From the NCBI GenBank assembly GCA_000708835.1, contig DF237060.1, positions 129,787 through 193,786 on the forward strand: DNA of 64,000 nt, read 5' to 3'. Positions 51,101-59,740 of the stretch are shown here, one piece after another. The stretch's first letter is position 1, and each line of letters starts with the position of its first letter. This DNA comes from Klebsormidium nitens (taxonomy: Eukaryota > Plantae > Klebsormidiophyceae). The notes below the pieces were generated by a model. That model saw nothing but the letters and a program-made list of their open reading frames with translations, was not told where the DNA came from and did no database searches. The position numbers and the translations under genes were made by a program.

Positions 51101-52536
51101 CTCGCCACTCGCCTCTCGCCACTTGTGGGCAGTTGGGTGCGGAGGATTTCCCGGTTAACAGGAGCAGTTATTGACAAATCTGGTCTTGAGGAATGCGGAG
51201 CAGCCCCATGCGAAGCTGAGGGATAATGCAAAGTCGTGCAATACTTGGAAGTGTTTTGTAGCGCGGAGCACCAGATTTGAGTTTGGATGGACGGTACAGA
51301 CGTGCCGCTCAGGTGGAGGGGTTTGTTATTCTCTTGGGGGTTTGTCCTACATTGAAGTCAGCGTCTCACATGCGTAAAGTTGCACAGACGCTTCGCTTTG
51401 CTCCGCTTGGGTTTACTTCGATACACTGCTTGCATTAGATAATAGTCTGACTGACCAGTCTTGTTTCTCTTGTTTTTGCAGATAAGCCAACTCTGACCTT
51501 CAAAAGCTCCTCTCCCCCGGCCCTCACGGGCAGCCCTTCCCGGCGGCGCACCGCAGGCGACGAGCCCCTCGACGAGCCCGCCGCGAGCGAAGCCCCCAAG
51601 GTCCCGCGCTTCTTGCAAAACATGAAGAACCTCGACCGCGGCAGCAAGCCGTTCAAAATGCTCGATGTCGACGTGTCACAACTAGGGCGCGGGCGCGCCG
51701 CGCTGCGCAAGAGCTCGGACGAGGGCAAACCGGCGGCCGCGAGCGAAGCGGAGAAGCTGAAGAAGAAGGTTGGATTTGGGAGCACGTTTGCGGTGCGAGG
51801 CGAGGCGGATCCGCGCAACGGGGCGGAAAAGAAGGGGGAAGATCAGCCGAAGGAGGAGACGAGTGGGGCTGGGAAAAGCGGGACGAACAGTACTTCGGAG
51901 GGCACGGAAAAAGAAGGAGAGAGCGCGGGGCGTACTGTTGGAACGGGAGAGCCGCCTGTGGAGTCGGTACCGCGGCCGGAGAAACCGAAGTCGCGGCGGA
52001 CGAGCTTCCCGTCCGGGAATAAGCCGACGCAGAACGACGGTACGGTTTTGGGCACCGAGGGGCCCGGCGAAGCGAACGGGAAGACGGAGAACGGGCGGCT
52101 GGAGGAACTAGACCTGGGGACGCCGATGAAGGATCTGATGGTGCGCGTGCGGCGGAAGAGCGGGGAGTTCGTGCGGGACGGGGAGGGATCCCCCTCATCA
52201 CCGCAGGGGCTGGCCGAGCGGCGGAAAGTGTCGACGCCCAAGTCGCTTGACTTTCGGGAGCGGCTTGCGGTGCGGCGCGCGGGGTTGTCGAGCCCCCGGG
52301 AGACCGCGAGCCCCAGTCCGAGCTCGGATCGGGTCCGTAGAACGTCCGGAAGCCCCGGCAGCGTCAGGAGTTCGGACAGTCCGCTGGGGAAGGCTATGGA
52401 CGGCGCCGAGACAGAAGAGGAAACGCGGAATGGGGAGACGGAAGAGGGGCAACGGAACGGAGAGACGGAACAGGGAAGCGGAGCGAAGCTACTGCAGAAC
52501 ACGACGCTGGAAACAGGCGATGATAAGACTAAATGA
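42128..52536 (+). CDS. Class II plant formin (PTEN-like + C2 + FH1 + FH2) with long Ser/Glu-rich C-terminal tail
   Basis: Exons 42128-42197, 43054-43757, 44439-44666, 45337-46216, 46442-46480, 46673-47037, 47267-47338, 47670-47810, 48193-48324, 48857-49033, 49659-49844, 50189-50257, 50519-50585, 50918-51079, 51482-52536. Motifs: MAFLNWFFKKPPEGLVQVSDRVY, LLHCDYGGWPLL, VIKIDIQCAVHGDVVMECIHLD, poly-Pro FH1, LKPLHWQK, IDLRRANNCEIMLTKVK, QVLELGNIINQGTARG.AKAFKLDSL.KL, YFGEDP. Confidence 0.95.
45854..45873. other. Assembly gap (20 N) in the poly-C FH1 exon of the formin
   Basis: Run of n in the sequence; the poly-Pro frame shifts in flanking C homopolymers. Confidence 0.99.
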
Positions 52537-54461
52537 TGTTTGCGTCGTGTGAGATTTCGTCGGAAGGGTTAGAGAACAGCTAGTGTCCGGCAGCTGGCAT
52601 ACTAGTAGCGACTATGTGCAGCATGCTGCCGCGCAGAGACTTCCTGCAATGAGCGCACAGATTTGTACCTCCAATCAACGGCCGAGACGTTGGCGTTTCG
52701 ATGGGAAGAGGCGGGAGGATGGATGCGAGAGGCGCTCGCGAACTTGAGTGGGAAATGGTATGGAGGCAGGACGACTCCTAGCTTTCAGGGAAGGTAACAG
52801 GTACGCGGCTACAGTATTCCAGTCCTTTCGAGTGTGTTGATCGAGTGAGTGGCTCAAGGGTATGTCAGGCAACGGACTTGAAGCTTCTTGCGCTGCTGGC
52901 GGACTACAGATCAGAGTATTATTGTCTATGGACTTTGCCCTTGAAGTCCGCGCGACTCAAAGGCGATCTTAGTCGTCCCTTTTTGCTGCGCGAATGCTGC
53001 AGAAGGCTTACATGCTCCAAGGATTTCTCGTGAAGTCAATTTGAAAATGAAACCACTCTGGCGCTTTGGGCATGCAGCAGGCGTCCTGTGATAGAATGCC
53101 AGACAGTTCTATGTCACTGTGATAGAGCGCCTCTCGATTGAGTCCCCACGAGTGGCGATTAACCCAGTTGACATATCAAAGCTGGGCTGCTTTTCAGCGG
53201 TCCCGCATGCACTGTTTGAGGCAGAGCTGCGACAGGCATCGCTCTCATGCCTCGAAGTGTTCAAGCACAAGCAAACTCTGCTGATTCGTTTGTGCCAACA
53301 GTGCAAACATATGGTCACTAAATGGATGGCCGGTATCCAATCTCGAAAGTAAGCCATCACCAAATTTTACGTCGCTTCTTGCAGGAACACAACGAGAACC
53401 GAGCGTGATGATGGCATCCCCTTGCTTGTACATTGATCTGCGGTCAAGGAACTCTTAAAAACAAGCAGTTTTTGTCTTGAGGCGCTTCTCAACACGAATG
53501 TAATACTGTCGTTGCCAAAACGGTGCCTTCTAAAGCATGTATGTCCGGTCAATCAGCACACTCAGAAGCTCGGTTACTAGGCTGTGGCAGAAGTAAACAG
53601 CCAAGTGCGGATACACGATGTCTGCCTGCTTTTGTTTGCCATGCGAAGTCTTGTTTACATCTTTTAGTATCACATGGGTGCACCTCGGTGGAGACAATCC
53701 GCCCTCGGAAGATAGGGTGCATGGTTCATATATTTTGGTCGTAGTTCCATCATCATTGCTTCGCTCATAAAACCTACATGATATGAATACTTTGATCACA
53801 TTGAGAGGCATGAAAAATACGTATGTTGATGCGATTGAAAACTTAATTCCATGCAGCAAGGTTTTGTCAGACTGGATGGTGTCATGCCGTATTTATGTCC
53901 GGTTGAGTTACTAGTTACTGTTAAGTCACTGTGTAACTAGAGTGAGGACATAAATGCAGAAATTTAATATTGCAGGAGGTTGCACCTAGTCTAGGGACAG
54001 GACATGACCACTAGGGAAAGAATGAAGCTTCATGCTTCATTCTTTCTTCTGTTCATTCAGAGGCTTTGCAAGGGTGTTCTACGGTGGTCCCTGAGAGCTT
54101 TGCAATGGCCTGAAGGAAGTCTCATGCAACGGTGTAATGGCGGCATAATGTGAGTCATGTGCTTTGGTCACACTCATGGTCCTTCTGTGAAGCGTGGACG
54201 TGGCGCAGGATATTCACAGAAGAAAGAATCAAGGGACATGTTGGGTGTAGGCCGGAGGTGGGGATCAGAGACTGCGTAGCGTTACGCAAGGTTGCTCTAG
54301 TGAAGAGCTGTTTTAGTGCGGCGGCCTGTGAGGCAGCCTGGGGAGCAGCCTGTGAGGCTGGGGCGCAGGGGTAGACTGCGTGTTTAGGGCAGGGGTGGCA
54401 GTGTTCCACCGTTGTCAGATCGGGGCAAGGGCACTGGGCCTTAGTCGCTGAGGTGCACCAG

Positions 54462-54960
54462 GAAGGCAGGGCGCTCGGTCTTGATCTAAGGCTAGGGGCG
54501 CTCTCGCTGATAGGTATTAGGGGGGGCTGCGTGCGTTGTAAAGCCTCCGGGCTAAATCCTGGCGGCGGGAGACCGTGCCTGCCGGGGCCCAGCACTGAGC
54601 TCGATTATTCGAGAAGTGTTGGTCGCCACGTAAGCCTTGTGGAGTTCCCCCTTTGCTTTGGCCTGGTAGCATAGCTGTTGGCAACGGTAGTGCGAGCAGT
54701 GCTCTGTAGCCAGCGAGTCGCAGTAGGAGGCAGGCCACTCGGCCTTATCTAAGGCTAGGGGTGGTCTCGCTGATCGGTATTTTGTGGGGGGCTGCACACG
54801 CGTAAAGGGTTTCGGCCCATCGCTCAGCGGCGGGAGACCGTGCCTGCTGGGCACCAGTGCTGAGCTTGATTATTCAAGAAGCACTGGTTGCGTGTGTTAA
54901 GCCTTACGGAGTTCCCCCGTTGCCGTGACCTAGAAGCACAGCTTGCGGTGACAGTAGTGC
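54462..54960. repeat. Two diverged tandem copies of a ~265-bp unit
   Basis: Anchors ctaaggctagggg (54486/54749), gcggcgggagaccgtgcctgc (54562/54827), ggagttcccc (54641/54908). Confidence 0.85.
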
Positions 54961-55506
54961 ATGGATCGTGAGGACTTTAGGGCTTTCAGCGTGTTTCTGC
55001 AGAGGTGGGAGGCGTTCGCAGCTGAGTGGGTTGGTTTGCCTCGGGAGAAGCTGTGGGTGAACTTCCTGGCAAACAACCAGGAGGCAGCTGAGCAGTTTGG
55101 GTTTGAAGTAAACCCTGCTGACCATTGGCCGCTGTCACAGAGTGGGTGCCTCACGGATTGCGTCATCTGTGACGCCTCGGAGGAAGACGAGGCGTTCGCA
55201 GAGTTTGAAGTCGCAGACCGGGTGGACACAGCGCGAGTGGGGAACGCAGGGCAGAGGCAAGAGTTTCCCTGTCACTGGTGCCGGACAGAGCGCGCGCGGG
55301 AGAGTCGGGAGCAGAGCCTGGCGGAAGAAAGCGGGGCACAGCTGAGATCACCGTTCACGGGAGGGGCCATTGGAGACCTAGACTGAAGCTGGCGGGCGAG
55401 AGTGTGGGCACGCAGCTTCTGGACCTGCCCCACACAAGTACGACCAAAAACAACAGTTGCAAAGAGTAGGGATTCAATCATTGAACCCTTTCCGAACATT
55501 TCGCAG

Positions 55507-55656
55507 GTTGCCGATGCGCGCATTGTCCGAGACCCAAGGACCCAGGAGTCGCGCGGCTTCGGCTTCATCACCATGGCCACGCGTGAAGACGCTGACGCTG
55601 TTGTCAGGAGGGTCAACGGCAAAGCCTTTGAGGGACGGCTGCTCACTGTTGAGAAG
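55507..55656 (+). pseudogene. Isolated exon encoding the C-terminal half of a Tra2/SR45a-type RRM
   Basis: cgcag|VADARIVRDPRTQESRGFGFITMATREDADAVVRRVNGKAFEGRLLTVEK|gtacgc; RNP1 RGFGFI; phase 0-0. I could not find the RNP2 exon upstream or an RS tail downstream in the window. Confidence 0.7.
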
Positions 55657-56580
55657 GTACGCTGGTCAAAATCGTCATGCTTGCAATGGAGTGATTCGCC
55701 ATCCATTCATTTCCTTTCATGGCATTTTTTTCCATTCCCTATGGCTCTCTGCCCCTATGATTTTGGTGCTCTTTGATCTTTGCTGGAGATTAACGCGCTT
55801 CTCCGGCCATTTGAGAAGCATCTCTGGTACAATTGAGAATCAAATGTGTGGAGCTGCAAGCCTTGAAGCCTGTGATCTAAAAAATGGCTCGGAAATAGAA
55901 CCGTGGGAAGAGTTCTCGGTTGCCTTATAGCAGTCTGTTCGCGTAAGCAGAGCTCGTTTGAAGTCGGAACGTCCCAACTTTGTAGAGTGCATCCTGCGCC
56001 ATCTGCGAAGATGACAGTGTTGGCTTTATGTCATGCTGACGCAGACGAGAGGGCCATTGTGATTCAAGCCACCCAGCCTTCGAAGATCCACATGAATATG
56101 AAGCATTTGACTTCAAACCGAGAATTTCAGTATTGACTTTACTTTTCATAAGCAGTTGGTCGCGTCCTCGTTGTTATCCGCATCTTTCGCAGTCCGCTTT
56201 CTGCTTTGCGTTCTGCCTCTGTCTGACTTCGTCGCCTCCCCCCCGATTGCTATCTGAGTTTCGTCAAGGATCTACTTGGATCCTGCAGTTTCCAAGCTCA
56301 AAATGGCCCCTTTTACAAGCCTCCCCCAAGGGAGCGGCCCCCCCTCGTCCCATCCCCTCTGCGCCATCGTTTTCACTGCTAGAGGCGATTGCAGAGAAGG
56401 CGTCGGTGGGTGCACAGCATCGTTGGGTGGCGCTGTGGCACGTGTGCAGGCGACTTAGGTGGTTGGTTCTCATCGGAGAGGATCCGCCGGAGGACGTGGT
56501 GAGCGAGGAACGGGAGGCCTGGGTTCGGTGGCCTGGTTGCAGGGTGAGCGCGGTAGGGTTTAGGAAGAGGGGCTCCGCCT

Positions 56581-59500
56581 ATGCCAGTGGAGACTAGGTC
56601 CCAGCTAGCGGCGCGTTATCGGGAAGTGTTGGAAGCAGTCTCGCAGAGTACGGAAGGGGCGAACGGGGAGAGTGAGGGCTCAGGCGGGGAGGAGCAAGGC
56701 GCGGAAGCGGCGCAGGCAAGCCAGGGGGGCTGGTGGGAGGAGGAAGAGGCGGAGATGGCGTCGGGTGCGGGCCTGGAGGGGCGTCAGAGGTTTTCTGGCA
56801 AAAGGGGTGAGGGACTCACCTTGAAGCAGTTTGAGGTGATGGTCAAGGGAAGCCTGCAGGATCGTTTCAAAAAGCTGCAGAAGGACGTGGGAAACCCGGT
56901 GGAAGGGGTCGAGTTCAACGGGAGATATTGCATCTATCTCGGGGAGTTTCTCGACAACCCCGCGAAGCTGGCGCACGAGCGGGAGTATGAGGAGCATTGC
57001 AAAGAGCTGGACCCGGTGGGGGCGCTGTTGACTTCGCTCAAGCGCCACTTCGAGGATCGTAAGGAGGGCAAGGTGCAGGAATGGGTGCAGTTCCGGCGTG
57101 AGCCCGGGGAGGAGCTCCCGTCGCTGCTGTTTAGGCTGAAGGGTTTGGCGGAGGACTTGGACAAGCAAGACGCAGACCAGGAGCTTGTCACCAAGTTCGT
57201 GACCAGCTTGGACAGGCGGTTTGCTGAGCAGGCCAGCTCGCAGGCGATGGCTGCGACCAAGGAGCCGGGGGGTGCTTATACGCTAGACGAGGCGTACGAA
57301 GCGGCGCTGAGGGTCCAGTCCATCAACTCTCGGCTGCGAATCGCGCGCGAGCTTGCTCCGAAGGCGGTGGAAGCGACCAGGGCGCAGTGGGGGCGGAAGC
57401 CGGCGGTGGCAGCGCACGCAGCGGTGGTACCTGCGGCACCGCAGCTGGGAGCAGCAGCACCGGCGGCAGAGGGAGGATCGGGGGCATGTCACAACTGCGG
57501 TGAGGTGGGACACTACCGCAACGGGTGTCCGCACCCGCGGCGTAACAGCTCGGGGAGGGGCCAAGCAGCAGGAGGGAGGGGAGGCGGCGGCCGCGGCCCC
57601 CGTGCTTGTTTTGTGTGCGGGGAAACCACTCATCTCGCTGCGCAGTGTGCTAAGCGGGCGGCGCCGGCTGTGGCAGCAACGGCACCTAGCGCAGGGGGAG
57701 GCATCGACGCAGAGGAGTTCAAGGCCTTCCAGGAGTGGCGGGCCATGTCTCAGGCGGCGCTGGCGGTACGGGCGGAGATCGAGGAGGAGGATGATGACTG
57801 CGGGTGGGATGAGCTAGAGTACGGGCTGGGGGCCGTGGCGCTTCCCTTGCCCCAACGGAGCGGGCCCGCAGTGGCGATGGCGGCAGCAGGCACGCGGGCC
57901 GGCGCGGAGAAGGCAAGAGCAACGAGAGCGGCGCGGGGTAAGCCGGCAACGGGGGGGGGTGTCTTGTCTCCACCGCAGCGTGCAGGGAAGGCCACGGTGG
58001 AGGCTGTGGGGACGGTTCAAATTGCTCAGCCGGTGGACCTCGCTGCGGTGGAGTCGCTCAAAGCGCGCAGGGACAAGGCGGCCGCCAAGGAGCGGCTCGC
58101 CAGGCTGCCAGACCACGGCCGCCACGTGGCGCCACAAGGCCTCAACCGTCTGCCCAAGGGGTTTGCGGTCCAGGGGGGTGCAGCGCCGGGAAGAGCAGCG
58201 GAGGGGCTGGGCAGAGTGGCCGGCGCGGCAGGATTCTCTGCGGCAAAAGGAAGCTCGGAGGCGGAAGTAGTGCAACAGGCTGGGACCACGAGCGGGGGGT
58301 GGACAGGGCCCGTTCAGGAGCCGGGGCCAGCACTCAAGGGGGTGGTGACGGTGGAGCTGGGCGCCCTCCTTGCCTTGGCAGAACGGGCAGGGCTTGACTT
58401 GGCCGCAGTCATTGAGATGACAGCGCCAGGTGGGGCACGCTCGGTCCCGCGAATCGGAGGGACAAGTGGGGCTGCGGGGGTTGCGGTCGCTGTGCTGTCC
58501 CCCATTGCAGAAAAAGCACGTCGCGCACGGAAAGCAAGCCTGGCGGAGCGCAGTGAGGGGCTAGCAGGGCAGGCCCCACAGACCGTGAGCTGGGCGCAGG
58601 TCGTGGGAGAGAAGGGTAGGCAGCGGGCCAGCCTCCCGAAGGATCAGCCAGAGAGCTCGCGCATGGCGGAAGAGAGGGCGAGAGGAGGCCGTGTGGCGGC
58701 AGACGCGCAGGTGGCGCGCGAGCTGGCAAGAGCAGAGGAAGAAGGAGCGCGGAGGGCAAGGGAGGAGCAGGCGGTTGCCACCAGTCGTGATGCGGAGCTT
58801 GCTATGGAGCTGGTTGCGCGAGAGGCGCAGGAGCGGGGGGTGGACCGGGAGGAGGTGCTGGCGGCACAAGAAATGGGCCCGGGTCCAGTGGTGCAGGAGA
58901 GAGCGACGGCGGAGGCCCCGGTGCTGGGAAAGGGGAAGCAGCGGGAGGGATCCCCCGCTGGTCTGAAAGAGGACCTGGAGCGTGGGTTGGCGTGGGAGCG
59001 GAAGCTGGGATCGGGACAGTGGCGGGGAGCTGAGCAGGTGGCTGATGTAACTCTTCAGGCAACTGAGGAGACGGGCGCCAAGCAGCTGGTGGACGCTGCC
59101 TACGCCCACACCAAGGCAATGGCCTGTTTCGCAGAGGGGCAGCCCATGGTCAGTCCGGAGCAGAGGGGGACAGTCGAGAAGAGTCCCGACTGGGTGGATA
59201 ATGCGCAGCGGGCGGTTCAGGTGGTGACCCCGCGCGGGTTGGTGGCGCCACACAGGGTCCTCATAGACGGCGGCAACTTTTACTCCATGGCGGGAGCAAA
59301 GCTAAAGGCGCAACTGGGGCTGCGCCAAAAGGACATGGACGCGGTGGGGCATCGCGTCCACACTGCAACCGGGAGGATTGAGGCGCTGCAGGGGGGGCTA
59401 ACCAAGAGGCCGGTGCCGATTGTCCTTAATGCGGGGACGCCGGAGGAGCTAACCCTCTACGAGAGGCTCGCCATCACCGACTCCACCGGGTATGACCTGC

Positions 59501-59706
59501 TCGTGGGCACGAGGGCTGCCTACCCTCCTGGCCTGTCGGTGGACAGGTGGCAGGAGAAGGCAGTGTACAGGGCTGATTGGGAGGGGGCAGGGCAGAAGCT
59601 GGGTGTTCTGCCCATGCGTCTGCACCGGACCCGCGCGGCGTCCACAGCAAGAGCAGGCCAGCGCAGCCAGGCAAGTGCAGCGCTGGCGTGCTGCCTCACA
59701 AGGTGA
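56581..59706 (+). CDS. gag: ORF1: Gag (capsid, two CCHC zinc knuckles) fused to retropepsin-like protease, 1041 aa
   Basis: Retrotrans_gag-like QFRREPGEELPSLLFRL; CHNCGEVGHYRNGC (57487-57528); CFVCGETTHLAAQC (57607-57648); protease-like VLIDGGNFYSM (D at 59266) and YDLLVGT near the C-terminus. Confidence 0.9.
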   Translation: MPVETRSQLAARYREVLEAVSQSTEGANGESEGSGGEEQGAEAAQASQGGWWEEEEAEMASGAGLEGRQRFSGKRGEGLTLKQFEVMVKGSLQDRFKKLQKDVGNPVEGVEFNGRYCIYLGEFLDNPAKLAHEREYEEHCKELDPVGALLTSLKRHFEDRKEGKVQEWVQFRREPGEELPSLLFRLKGLAEDLDKQDADQELVTKFVTSLDRRFAEQASSQAMAATKEPGGAYTLDEAYEAALRVQSINSRLRIARELAPKAVEATRAQWGRKPAVAAHAAVVPAAPQLGAAAPAAEGGSGACHNCGEVGHYRNGCPHPRRNSSGRGQAAGGRGGGGRGPRACFVCGETTHLAAQCAKRAAPAVAATAPSAGGGIDAEEFKAFQEWRAMSQAALAVRAEIEEEDDDCGWDELEYGLGAVALPLPQRSGPAVAMAAAGTRAGAEKARATRAARGKPATGGGVLSPPQRAGKATVEAVGTVQIAQPVDLAAVESLKARRDKAAAKERLARLPDHGRHVAPQGLNRLPKGFAVQGGAAPGRAAEGLGRVAGAAGFSAAKGSSEAEVVQQAGTTSGGWTGPVQEPGPALKGVVTVELGALLALAERAGLDLAAVIEMTAPGGARSVPRIGGTSGAAGVAVAVLSPIAEKARRARKASLAERSEGLAGQAPQTVSWAQVVGEKGRQRASLPKDQPESSRMAEERARGGRVAADAQVARELARAEEEGARRAREEQAVATSRDAELAMELVAREAQERGVDREEVLAAQEMGPGPVVQERATAEAPVLGKGKQREGSPAGLKEDLERGLAWERKLGSGQWRGAEQVADVTLQATEETGAKQLVDAAYAHTKAMACFAEGQPMVSPEQRGTVEKSPDWVDNAQRAVQVVTPRGLVAPHRVLIDGGNFYSMAGAKLKAQLGLRQKDMDAVGHRVHTATGRIEALQGGLTKRPVPIVLNAGTPEELTLYERLAITDSTGYDLLVGTRAAYPPGLSVDRWQEKAVYRADWEGAGQKLGVLPMRLHRTRAASTARAGQRSQASAALACCLTR

Positions 59707-59740
59707 CAGGCCCCGGGGGACCTGGGGCCGGGGGTGACGG

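Noticed and set aside
52540-54130. Short ORFs after the formin
   Set aside because: 60-85 aa, no motifs or consistent splice sites; treated as intergenic.
56428-56439. Possible primer-binding site TGGCGCTGTGGC and 5' LTR end
   Set aside because: Starts with TGG and recalls a tRNA-Ser 3' complement from memory, but no adjacent CA LTR end and the 3' LTR is outside the window, so it cannot be verified.
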